From contig NW_026515684.1 in the NCBI RefSeq assembly GCF_025526975.1, forward strand, positions 1-64,000: a stretch of 64,000 bases of DNA, in the 5' to 3' direction. The position numbers and the translations under genes are program-made. Of the stretch, positions 1-11,787 are shown in pieces (position 1 is the first letter of the stretch; each line of letters begins with the position of its first letter). The DNA is from Fimicolochytrium jonesii. Lineage: Eukaryota. The notes under the pieces are model-generated. The model saw only the letters and a program-made list of their open reading frames with translations. It searched no databases and had not been told where the DNA came from.

Positions 1-303
1 CACTCTTACGAACAAAAGAGCTACTGCAAAGACATCACCAACTTGAGCGAGTGGTCAACCGGCCAGACACGTACTCAAGCCAGTAAAGTCACAACACTCG
101 CGGGGAAAAGGGCCCGTGCCGACACGACCGCAACACCGTACCATGCCACTCGCTCCTTTCACCGGGTTGATCACGATGTTGTTGGGCGTACAGGAAGTAT
201 CGCAACCACTGTACACTTGGCAACACCAAGCTCTACACCGACAACGACCCCACGTAAACCTGCACACGTAGAAGTAGGCGTAGATAGCAGTTCACCAAAA
301 TAA
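1..303 (+). CDS. 3' end of an unidentified ORF entering from upstream of the window
   Basis: Frame 1 is open from base 1 to TAA at 301-303 (HSYEQKSYCKDITNLSEW...SSSPK). It ends tail-to-tail, 55 bp from the stop of the TET-like gene. No family motif recognised. Confidence 0.35.
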   Translation, partial: HSYEQKSYCKDITNLSEWSTGQTRTQASKVTTLAGKRARADTTATPYHATRSFHRVDHDVVGRTGSIATTVHLATPSSTPTTTPRKPAHVEVGVDSSSPK

Positions 304-358
304 TTCAAAAAGACTCGAATATATTTGATACAAAGTACAGTACATACAAAAACAGACT

Positions 359-2655
359 CTACGACTCGGCATCCCCAGGTTTCCTCTGTACAGCGTTGCG
401 TACTTTGTTTTGCATATACATCGAATGCACATACCGATTCCCCCTCGAGTAGTCGGTCACTGAATGATGAAGAAGATCGGCTCGGAACAGGGTTAAGGTA
501 TCCACTTCCTGCTTCAGAACAAAACCTGCATCGATGAGTTCAAGATCTCCCCCATCGTCGAAGTCGCCAAAGGTGTACTGAGCTGTGAAACCCTTGTCCT
601 CGACATCGAAGTGGCAATCAACTGTCGAATTCTAAATGTGGGTGTGGGTAGACCAGCAATCGTCTTTTGAGAGATATGCCTTGTCGATATCGGTGAGAGC
701 CTTGATCGTGTCTCGGTTGGAAAAATATTCATCGGGGGAGGCGATCCATGCCATCGCATGAATGAGTTTGGCGATGCCATGCTTGGCGTAAGCCCGGTGA
801 ACAGCAGTTGCCCCAGGAGCCCTGCATGGAGGCCAAGATTAGTGTTATGATCTCGACAACGGAGGCGGAAGCGAAGTAGAGAAGACAGGGCGAGAGTGAT
901 AGGCGACAAGAGATTGTATTGGCGAAACAAGAAACAAGGACTAGAACAGGAGATGAGAAGAACTGGTGTTGATCTGCTGGGGAGGAAGGGAACGGACGAA
1001 GAGAGGCCGGCTATTTATAGATAGGCAACCCAGCAGATCAGAGAACAACAACAACAAGAGGGGACTGGGGGGGCGCCAGCTATGCTCCTAGAGCGTGCGT
1101 GGCGAGCGTAGAGAGCATTGCTACAGCTGCTGGCTATGGGGAAGTAGTGGGGGGTGTGGAGAAGCCGAGGGGGGATTGCCGAAATGAGAGGAGAGAGGAG
1201 GAGTGGCGATATTGCAAGAGGATTGGCGAAATGAGAGGAGAGAGGGGGAGTAGCATTGACATTGACATTGACACTGACATTGACATTGACATTGACACTG
1301 ACATTGACACTGACATTGACATTGACATTGGCGTTTGACATTTGGCGGTTGACATTGGCGGCTGTCAGTAGGTAAGCTTATGGTATGAACGCGTCGTCCA
1401 TAACAATTAGTGGGATGCTTTCAACAACAACATCAGTATCATCATACCTGCAGGCATTCGAACCAGCCACCTCGCTCACTGGAGTGATCATTCTTTGTCC
1501 ACGGGTGACCCAAGTTCCTGAGTGGGTCGTTCGACATGTCTCATCCCACTCTTCTGGGTGACTCCCAGCTCATTGATGGGTATAGCAAACACTTGCAGTA
1601 CGAGAGACAGGTTGCTCATGCAGCCGAGGGGTTTGAATCCAGGCTTGGTAACACTTGGTCATTTCGTCCATTGCTTGTTTGTCGAATGCATTAAGCATAT
1701 ACAGTTCCAGAATGGTGAACATATTGTCGCTGTCGATACCATAGATGATTGAGTCGGTGGTGAGACGTTGAGTCGGGGGCTTCAAGTTCGCATCAGGTGG
1801 AGTTCGATGGTAGCAGCCTCAGACACGATTCTGAATTTGAGCGACGATGAATACTGTCTGTTTGTTGTCAAGCCACTCATGTACTCGTAGTGGGAGCGAA
1901 ACACCATAAGCAAGTGCCTTTACATCGAGCCTGGGTGCAAGGCGAGGAGGGGATACCAGGACCACTGGGCGATCGTACCCATGCTTGTCAGCAACTCCTT
2001 TCTGTGAGAGCGAAGGTGGTCTTCCAGCTCGATCGTCGTCCACCAGTTTGTTGAACTTTTCTCGTCGCTGCAGTTCTTGAGCCCCTGGTGTCGTTTTCCT
2101 CTTCTTTGCTCGCACAAAGCCCGGGTCCTCCTCGGTCTTGCTGCCCCAACCACCGAGGACAGGGGGCCCTACAGTGCCCCATCCAACCCTGCATGCGACC
2201 CTGCATGCGACCGCTGCATTGCCTGCCCTCCTCTGGGCCTCCAGGTCCTCCCATATTTTCATTTGCTGCTTTTGGCTTGGCCGACATGTTGTGCACCACC
2301 AACAGGGTTTATTCACTCGAGTACGCATGCAGCATGTCGGTGGAACCAGCCCCCCCACTCGCAAGTTCCATTCTTTCCTGCACACCGAAGCCAGCCACCC
2401 GCCTCGAGCTCCGACCTCAGCTCCCCACTCTGTGGCTGCACTGCTGTCCCCTCATCCCCTCTCTCGGCAGCCATGGCAATGTCGGCGGCAATGTCGGCAA
2501 TGTTGAGCTGGGAATTGCAATTGCAATTGCAAAGGGAAGTTAGCTGAAGTTGTTTGTCGTTGTTGTTCAGTGTCGCTCACCAGTTTGCACTGAGGGTGTC
2601 CACAAACTCTTGGTATGGGTACGTGTTCGGGTTCGGCCATGTGTGTGTCAGCCAT
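359..2655 (-). pseudogene. PHD-like finger + TET/JBP-family 2OG-Fe(II) dioxygenase, disrupted
   Basis: Manual splice: exons 2655-2581, 2507-1448, 821-359, with GT..AG introns, branch points and matching phases. Protein: VCGHPQC...WLRC..TCEWGGWFH/PTCC...WWCTTC (PHD-like), then THSGTWVTRG, then NSTVDCHFDVED...FGDFDDGGDLELIDAGFVL...LTLFRADLLHHSV...GNRY (HxD...H triad plus 2OG-binding R). Lesions: 1-nt frameshift near 2340, TGA at 1819-1821 and 1570-1572, TAG at 632-634. Confidence 0.8.
1253..1357. repeat. (GACATT/GACACT)n hexamer microsatellite
   Basis: About 12-13 tandem CATTGA/CACTGA units at 1253-1330, decaying into TTGACATT(T)GGCGG copies. Lies within intron 2 of the TET-like gene. Confidence 0.9.
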
Positions 2656-2694
2656 GTCAGTGTGTGTGTGTGTTGGTGAGACGTGTCAGGGTGG

Positions 2695-2801
2695 AAAGGC
2701 CTTCCCTCTAGGCAACGAAAGGCCTTCCCTCTAGGCAAAGAAAGGCCTTCCCTCTAGGCAAAGAAAGGTGTTTCGGTCAGGCAACGGAAGGTGTTCCGGT
2801 C
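2695..2801. repeat. 23-bp tandem repeat (3 near-perfect + 2 degenerate copies)
   Basis: AAAGGCCTTCCCTCTAGGCAA(C/A)G at 2695, 2718 and 2741; variants AAAGGTGTTTCGGTCAGGCAACG at 2764 and GAAGGTGTTCCGGTC at 2787. Confidence 0.9.
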
Positions 2802-3856
2802 GCGTTGGCACATCCGATTTCGATTTCCTTCCTTTTACACCACCCTGATCTCCGTCGTCCGATGATCCGACGCGATTACGCTTACGTCAGCTTCCTCCGC
2901 TCAACTCTCCATGTGAGTCGGCTCTCCACAATTTCCATCCACTTTGTGATCGTGCAAGCTTCATAGACAAGCTGACTGTACGGCAATGAAACCATCGGCT
3001 TCCAATATTTTTTGTTGAGGCATACGGGCATACGAAGCTATGGAAAGACCCCGATCTACCAATCCCACCGTCTCGGGGTACGTCCACCCGGACAGATACT
3101 CTACAGTGACAGGCCACCCGCTCCCGAGCAGCATTGATCTTAAAGGTTCCTGCAACCAAAAAGGACGTTGAATAGTTCTCGGTAGTGCCCCGTTAACGGT
3201 GGTGCTTGGGCTCGAAGTGGTATGTAGCGACTCCTCGAAGGACTTGATACGACCCTGAACCCACGTACCTGACTGTTACGAGTGGATAACGCGCACTTCA
3301 ACGAAGAATGGGATGCGGAATGGCCTACAGAATCAGGAAAGCAACTGCTGCCCGCGCCGTCCAATGCTCGGTTATGCTTTGGCCAGCGAGCCCCTTTACT
3401 GAGGTGGAGGCAGGGTAGCTCCATAAATCTCGCGCCTACAAATTCTATCCAGCCCGAGACATCCTCGATCCCCAGCGTACTGCCTTTTCCCTCAAACTCA
3501 GCGCAGTATCTGTGGCAAAGAGTCCGAGAGATCCCAACGACACCACCGGGTTGCCACAGCGTTTGGGTACGTTGACCTATACAGTACAGTATAATAACTT
3601 AAGTCTCTTGACTCTTGACTCTTGAGTCCAGTGTTCGGAAAGACCCGGGTGACAATAAATCGCTCGAAATAGCGCGTTGGCTTGTTTGGGCGCGTCGTTC
3701 AAGTTGGTTGCGAGGGAGAAAGCGGGCACAGCAAAATGAGGCGGGTGGCGCAGGCTGCTTACATTCATTTCAAAAACGCAGCAATCCGCTCCCTTCTTCA
3801 TCGCCCCCATCCCTCATCGTATCGCTTTTCCCAGCGACTAAGATTACGGCGCAGAC

Positions 3857-5176
3857 ATGTCGATCATCAACAAGCCTTGGGACGCCCGCTATGCCGGTGC
3901 CGTGCCCCACGACTCCTCCTACTACGCCAAGTGCATGCTTGGTGGTGTCCTCGCTTGCGGTCTGACCCACGCTGCCATCAGTACGTACCAAAACCCCTGG
4001 GAAACTCCTTGGTTTTGACTTTTCGCTTTGTATTAATCTTGTCTCCTTTTCCTCTCGCAGCTCCTATGGATGTGACGAGTAAGTTTCTGCCCTCGCTGGG
4101 CACGTCGGACCGTTTTCCCACACAATCATCAGATTTCTGATGGTTTTGGGTTGTCGGTGTTTGTTTACGGCTCACTGACTCACCTACTCTCCTAAACCGT
4201 CATCTGCTCCCTCTTAGAGTGCAACATGCAGGTAAGCTTAGCTGAGCTTAAGTCTCTCTTTTCTGGTCGGAGAATCCACGCCGTCGGCGTTTGCTGAGCC
4301 GATGTTTGTTCTCTTGCAGGTCAACCCAGCGAAATACAAGGGTCTCGCCTCCGGTTTCCGCACCATCATTGCTGAGGAGGGTGCCAGCGCGATCTGGAAG
4401 GGATGGGCACCTACTCTCATTGGGTACTCTGCTCAAGGTGCTTTCAAGTACGGACTGTACGAGTACTTCAAGGACACGTACTCCAATCTTCTCGGCAAAG
4501 AGAACGCCGAAAAGTACAAGGGTTTGGTGTGGTGCGCTGGTTCCGCTTCCGCCGAGTTCTTTGCGGACATCGCCCTTTGCCCCATGGAGATGGTGAAGGT
4601 CAAGGTCCAGACCTCCGTTCCCGGAACTTTCCCTACCGCTTTCGGGCCCGCCCTCGCCACAATGCGTGCTGACAGCGCTGTCACCCGCTTCCCCTTCGGA
4701 TCCCTCACCCCTCTGTGGTCTCGCCAGATTCCCTACACCGTTGCCAAATTCTTCTTCTTCGAGAAGGCTGTGCAATTCTTCTACTCCAACATCTTCACCG
4801 CCCCCAAGGAAACCTACTCTAAGAGCACCCAGCTTGGGATTACCTTCGCCTCTGGTTACTCCGCCGGTATCATTTGCGCTATCGTTTCCCACCCAGCTGA
4901 CTCTCTCGTCTCGTTGATGTCCAAGCCCGCTAACAAGGGCAAGGGTCTCGGACAAATCGCCTCCGAGACCGGTCTCGTGAACCTCGCTACCAAGGGTCTG
5001 GGAACTCGTGTGCTCATGATCGGTACCCTCACTGGTAAGAAGAAGATGGTCCTTGCGATTCGTTGTGGCGTTTGATGGACGACACTCACCCGTTTTCCCC
5101 TCATTTAGGTCTCCAATGGTGGATCTACGACACGTTCAAGACCGTCATGGGCATGGGCACCTCTGGTGGAAAGTAG
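3857..5176 (+). CDS. Mitochondrial phosphate carrier (SLC25A3/MIR1/PIC2 family)
   Basis: Spliced exons 3857-3980, 4061-4078, 4218-4231, 4320-~5034, 5109-5176 give [60 protein letters not shown] and MIGTLTGLQWWIYD. Confidence 0.95.
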
Positions 5177-5749
5177 AGTTAGAAAAGCGATTGATATTTA
5201 TTCTACTTTACTTTGTTCATACATTCGAACCCTTCACCGAACTCAGCCCACGATTCTCATACCTTTCGAACTTAATCAATCAGTTGTCCACTCTTATCTC
5301 ACCCGCGTTTCTCATACAATCTCGGTTTTGCCCCATCGGTTTTCTGTGCTCATGAGTCGTCCTGATGGTCGTTTGACCATGATCAACGACGCCGGAGGGG
5401 GATACTCCGATCATACTCGTCTCTGCGATCCTACGTTGGTAGTCTAATAGCACGGGTCAGAAAAGAAGATGTTTGCAAAAAGCCTGCCGTCGAGTGCATT
5501 TATTCCTCACTGAAACTCTCGCTTTCCCCGTCACTTGTCTTGGGATTTTCCTTGCAGATGATACATGCGCGGGTCAGTCGATTTTCAACAAACTGGATTG
5601 ACGGGGAAAGGGAGAGTCACGCGCTGTCGATTTTCGGAGGATTTCTGGATTCCGACGGATTCTTCAGAACGGCCATCCGATTGCTCGGACGGTTCGCAGC
5701 GCAACGCAAAGCCCCTTCTCTCTCGATACATATAAGTTCATAACCAGCC

Positions 5750-8700
5750 ATGAGTGTAGCGACGTGGCTGGACGAAACATCGCTCGCAGAGCCGACGAAT
5801 CTGTCCCCGATCCCCAACGGAAAACCACGGGCGGGCAGGCGGAAACTTCATTTGCCACCTCTTCCCAATGGCGGAACCACGATTGAGCAGGCACGAGGAC
5901 GGGCGGGCGGGGATGGTTTACCGTCAAAAGGTGTGTAATGGGCAGGCTTGGAGACTCTTACCTTGCCTATGACTAATGAACATCTTCCGTTTCTAGATGA
6001 TCAGGTAAGGCAGGAGCAGGATAGCCCGATATCATGTCAGTACAACATTTAATACCTCTCTCGTCCACAATCCAGGTCATCACATACTTAAGGAGAAAAA
6101 AGCGGATCGTGACCAATGTCTGCTCCATCGAGAAGCGACTCATGTACCGAAAGCTGCGAAACAACCGATATGGATTTCCTCTCGAAACCATGCTCCCACG
6201 ACTGCGTGCGGGAGACATTCTAAGCTTCGTTCCGGAAACAAGCGTTATGGACAAGACGGGCATCACGTCTCTCATCAACAGAGGATTCTTGCCAGCTGAT
6301 GCAGACTACTCGCCAGTGCTGTCGATTGATTCAACGGCATTACAGTTGGACAAACAGACTTACGGGTCATTAGAGCACATCATGTCGTTGAACAAACCCC
6401 CGTCGAAGTTCGACTACCTGAGACTGGTGCCGCTGACTCCGCCCCAGCCTCCGGAAGAGCCACACGTGAACAGGCAGTTCCCAAAAACGAAGAAAACGAG
6501 GACAACGGCAGCGTTAGATGCACATTGGAACCACACCGGGCCCGCTCTGCGGCCACGTTTCAAGATCGTCCTTGACGTCCCGCTTGAGACAAAGCCTCAT
6601 CCGACGGCCACGCCCCCGCCATCGCAGTTGGCCCCCTCGCGAGATGAGAATGCACCTTTCACGTCTACGTACAATCTGTTCACGATCGAACAGGAAAGGG
6701 TCAACACAGCGCGACTGATTGCTGCGTCTCGGAAAGGACCGGTGTTGACGGTGCAAGGGGGCAAAATCGTACGACATGTGCCGGTGTTTGCGAAATTCCA
6801 AAAGTCGTGTGAAGATAATTGGTGTGCTGTAGAATGGGTCCTGGAAAAGATCGAGGACTTGATGCAGCAGTATGCTGGTGAGTGTGTAGCATCCTCAACA
6901 AAAAAGAGAAGGCGAATGTGAGAGTATGCTAATGGCATGAGTTGTAGTCCCTTACACGGAAATCATTAGCACTCATGTGAAGGAGCTGGCGCAAGCACCA
7001 CTGGGCCCGCACGTTGACCGGAATGCTATTCTAGACTGTCTGGTTAACTCGGCGGAGGTTGGTCAAGCGCAAATCAGATGACTGCTTTGCGAAATGTACT
7101 GATCTCAACTGTTTGACAGGTGCAACAAATCATGACAACTGACGGGCAACGCTTTCGTGGAAAGGACGGCCACAACATGGCGGCCGGCAAGATCCAAGCA
7201 ACATTTAAGATGTGGATCATGCGGTCAGTCCTAAAAGCCGCAATGGATTTCCAAGATGCTATCAGAAGTACCGCAAACTCACTGCATTTCGTGACAGGCG
7301 CATGCAATTCTGGCATTTGGAGCGCGTACGAGCAGCTGGTATATTCTTGAAGTATTGGAAGATCAAGATGATGCGCCGTGATGTGCAACTACAAGCGAAG
7401 GTAGGAAACTTTTATCCATGTTGATACATGGTTTCGCGCTAGTCGAACCCGATAGCAAATCGTGTGACCACGTTGTTTCCTTCAGGTTCAATATGAGAAG
7501 GTACATGTCCGCCGATTCCATCGATTGATGTCGACCCTCAAACACGAAATTGGTAGCGTGGCGACGCATAAACGGTGGGCTGCGTTGGTCATATGTGGGA
7601 TTAAAAATGTGCGATAATAGCTAACAGTATCGTAGCACCTACATACAATTGGTTCCTTCAAAAGTACTGGGAGACCTACACGAGATGGGGGCGGACATCA
7701 ACCTCGGAAGGTATGAAGTTGGGAGGTCACGCCGTCGGACTATCGACACGAATCTGATCGTTTCGTTATCAGGGCGCATTTCTTGGTAGACTCCCTTGCC
7801 GAGACCATTTTCGTCACCTCGTACGTGGACGAGGAAAGGATCGATCGGTTTCGAAAGACTTTAGGTAAAAGTGTATCAGAAGCATATTGTTCATCAAACA
7901 GCGTAGTGACCAGCTCATGGCTTTCCAGGGTCCGGATTCCCGGATCACAATCCGTTGGACGAGAACCGCATCCGTTTCGTTGTTCCCGAAGCTGGGCCAT
8001 GCTTTCCTGCAGATGCTCCGATAGCATCAATGCTTATATGCAGTCGCCGCGCTCTGGCGAATTTGAAACGGATGTGTCAAGGAAAGAATGCGATACTGCT
8101 CTGCGATGTGATTGGGGAGGCTGAAGTACGCCTTAGCTCGGTAAGGGAGGCGTCGCTTTCGTTGATCAGGTCGATGTCGGAGCACCCTCATCCCCTTATG
8201 TTACCGTAGGTGCTGGGGATCCCTGTCCTGGGACCAACACTGGACGCCTACGAAAAGTACCTGAGCAGTAGAGGGCGAACGCGCGAATTCCTTCGCAGCA
8301 TCGGAGTACCGGTTGTTCCAGCTCTGACCAGCCACGCCATAAATGAGAAAGAAGTGCATACTCACATCATGAAGTGCATGTCGATGTTCCCCGAAGTCCC
8401 TCTTTGGACATATAATGCAGATCCATCGATGAAGAGAGTGGAGACGCATGAGAATGACGGGCCGTGGGCGACTTTAGGTACGGCACCACTTTTGGCAGTC
8501 TCGAGTATTCATTGGCAATAACAAAAGGTATTCTTCCCGCAGATACCGATCACGTCTCCTTTGTACCGGATTTGTATGAACCGAGTCAGCCTGTCTCCGA
8601 AAAGCCGTCGAAACCGGGTACTGCAACCGGAGGCTGCCCTACAGCAATAGATGGTTTCAACCCGAGAAGCCGGCCAGTCACCGCTCCAGAAAGTGAACCG

Positions 8701-11312
8701 CCGGAACGCCCATTCACGGCCACCACAGCTGGTCTGGGCGGCTCGCGGCCTAGGACCGCGATGGCTGGCTCCATCGCTGCCAACATGTCGAGAGCGCGCG
8801 AGGAGGTTCCACTGAAAGTGCGAGTAGTTTACCCGTCGGGGACTTGGCCAGGTCTGATTGAGCGATGGTTGAAAGGCGGGGCGTACATTATGGGTTATCC
8901 GACGAGTGATCCACGGGATGTCCGCCAGGTGCATGTGGGCATTGATTTGAGCCCATCCGGTCGATGGAAACCAATATGCGTGGCGCAAGTGGTACATACA
9001 ACCAGAGCAAGTGGAATTGCTTTCACTGAAGTCGTTGCTCACATATATTATCCATTGTTTGGTTTGTCCGCTCCAGCTGCTCAATCGTCATAAGCTGACC
9101 TCAACGGCTGTAGTGATACAACATGGGGAGGCCAAGATACACGAGGATTTAAAGCCAACGTTGGATAAGATCGCTGAAGCCTGCGCTGAGAAGTCCATTG
9201 TGGGTCTTTTGACCATCGAGTTTCTGACCTGGGATACTGGAGATGTGGTACGAGTGGCATCCCCTGAAGTGGTTCACATGTGCAGTTCGGCTAATAATCA
9301 AACCTCCCACCCAAGCACAACTATTGGGCATGTCATATCAGGCCACACCTGAGCGCAGCTCTTTTGCGCGCTGCCACCGTTCTGCTGGCTACTGGCTGCA
9401 AAACGGATTTGAAGGATTGGAAGGCGAAATTCTTGCGGCAGGACGTACCTTTACACGTGCGCTTCGCACAAGGTGCCCGGTTCATGGATCAGGTAGAGAA
9501 TGAGTGCCGAGGTAATTTCCTTCTAGATGCTGGGGTCTCAACATTTCTATATCTAGTCTCGGATACGACCCGACTTCCATTCAAAGAAGATACTATCTGT
9601 GGGGATTGCGGAATCACGGGCGTCAATTTACCTACACACGCTGGAGCATGGCCAGGTCGGAGTGATGACCAGAAAAGCCGCTGCAACTGCTTTGAAGCTG
9701 AGCGGCGTAGATTTTGATATTTGGGTGAGTAGGGACAAGAGTCGATGACGTTCGATGCTCTTTCGACCTTTGGTTGCTTACACGTCTCAATAGACACGCA
9801 CTGGAACTTTGTTTTTCGAGCAAGATGCTCCTTGGCGTGGAGTGCTGGCGCATGCGTGAGTAACTGAATGAGGATCTCAATGGCGGTATGTGCAATATCT
9901 CACCTTCTCACTTCCGCAAACCTGTAGAGTGGTCGCGAACGACTACAACACAGCATTAGATAATTGCATATTGGGCCTACTGAAAATGAATCAATATCTT
10001 GATGAGTGTGCCGCCGAATGTACAGATATGGAGACCTACAAAAACAACTTCCTGGTAGGTCTTGTTCACTGACATTGGAACGCGAATCCAGAGCTCTGCT
10101 TACGATCACTGCGTATCAACGTCCTAGGCTGTTGCCTCACGGCTCCTGTACGAGGCCAAAGCCCACAAAGGGCCTCGCGCATCGGTAACAGAAGAGCCAG
10201 GCGATGCTAGTGTGTATCTGAAGGAAGCATATCGAGATCTCGGTTTACTGCCACCGGCCACGGTGCAAGAAGAGCTGGAATTGTTTGCAGCTGTGTATGG
10301 TAGCAGCTCAAACATCAGAGGAGGGCATGCGAATGATGAGGATGCAGATTCTGAAACAGAATCCGATGCGGATGATTTAGATTTGGTGAATGCTAGAGGC
10401 GGAAAGGAAATGCTCGAAAGAGCGACTTCGGCGAGAGCTACGTCGGTCGGTGAACTATCAACCCTGATTGGACGGTTCTACCGTGTGACGAAAGTCGAGC
10501 GTCTTCGGCCTACAAGTGCTGCGCTAAGGCGTAGGCAAGAAGCAGCGAATCTCAGAAAAGCACTGCGTGCGGCTGGATTCAGCTCTACCACGACAGCGCT
10601 CTTGAACGAAGACATCTCCTCTGATTTTGCCGCACGACATGATGAGACATTCGCAAATCCACCATTGAGCCCACCTTATGTGAGAAAAAAGCAAGGAGGA
10701 AAGGGCGAGGCTGGAAGGACAAAGCGGGCCCGAGAACTTTTGGAAAAGATGGAAACGGAAATGGACAAACAGCTCAAGAGAGGCATCGTCCCGGAGGGGC
10801 CCGTCTATAGGATGAAAATAGTTGAAGAGGTTGATCCTAGGGACGCGATGATGGCTGCAGCACTCCTCGAAGGTGAAGGGCCTATTCTCCCTCCGAAACA
10901 GCCCCTCCCACCGATGCCAGAACTTGTAGACGGGGATTTCGCTGACGCGGAGGTGGTGCCTAATCCGGCGGTGCGGAGCTCTGCGTTCGGGCTGAATCAT
11001 AACCTCGACGTGGAGCAAGTGCTCGGAAAGCTTCGAGACGTTGCCGACCGTGGCGAGCGGTTGTCGAGCTATTTAGATGAGAAGATGCTGGAAAGCGAGA
11101 AGATCTTAAGGCGTCACCATGCCAAGCATCTGGAGTACATTGAGAAAGGGAAATCAGATGCTGAGGCGAGAGAGGCGCAAAGCCAAGCCTTAAAACAACG
11201 GAATAACCCGCGTCGGCGACCATCTCAAGGGCCTAGGCAAAAGCTTCAAGGTCTCAGCGAAGCGAAGTCCGTCGATGAGCTTCTGCCCGGAAAGTTTTCG
11301 AAAGCCAAGTAG
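5750..11312 (+). CDS. IQCH: IQ motif-containing protein H (IQCH)-like, multi-exon
   Basis: IQ motif AAGKIQATFKMWIMR. The block FVVPEAGPCFP..IASMLICSPRALANLKRMCQGKNA...LGIPVLGP resembles the IQCH core as I recall it. Many short GT-AG introns; internal boundaries are approximate. Confidence 0.75.
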
Positions 11313-11787
11313 GAGGCGAACGAGTTTGACCGTCCGCCTGCTTCGTAGAAAGTAGACTGCCTAGACGGGCCAAGTATACAGACATCTGAGACGATGATAG
11401 TCGATCGTAGATACCATCTCGCATAGCACGTTCCGTAGATCAACATAACATCAGGCTTCAGCTAGTACTATTTAGTGAACATACTGCAACGCATCATTTC
11501 TGTATATATATTTTTGTCAAATGCGTGACGACTGCCTACTACTATGCCATATGGAAACTGCGCCTAGGAATCCTTTACACCGAATATGGCTCTAGTAGCC
11601 TTCGTCAGATGGGAGGAGATTTACGCTAGCAACTCAACTAGGACGTTACAGACCTCCGCTCCCCATTGCGTGCTTCCTTCCCCGGTTTTTCGAAAACAGT
11701 ACCAGTAGGAATGGGCCGGAGAGTCGCAGTGATAGCGCGCTTGGGGCTGTTTGCCGCTGTTGGACTTGAGGATAACAATAGGCAAGA

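Larger units (their letters stand above)
1..2847. mobile_element. Probable terminal part of a decayed DNA transposon carrying the TET/JBP-like cargo gene
   Basis: Contains a TET/JBP-like pseudogene, a family known to travel with DNA transposons in fungi. Also has internal satellites, 23-bp repeats at 2695-2800 and a candidate end reading 5'-CAGGGTGGTG on the minus strand at 2847. No transposase is visible in the window. Confidence 0.5.

Noticed and set aside
514..930. 138-aa minus-strand ORF from the track
   Set aside because: Wrong frame; the dioxygenase motifs lie in another frame that a TAG interrupts.
1015..1355. ORFs with NVNVSV / IDIDTD / MSMSVS repeats
   Set aside because: These are translations of the hexamer microsatellite.
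632..1821. Stop-codon readthrough or recoding as an explanation for the TET-like stops
   Set aside because: Mixed TGA/TAG stops plus a frameshift, while neighbouring genes use TGA and TAG as normal terminators; pseudogenisation is simpler.
2695..2801. 23-bp repeats as a CRISPR array
   Set aside because: The units are directly abutting with no unique spacers, the context is eukaryotic, and there are no cas genes.
2850..3575. Short ORFs between the putative element end and the phosphate carrier
   Set aside because: No recognisable domain or coherent gene model.
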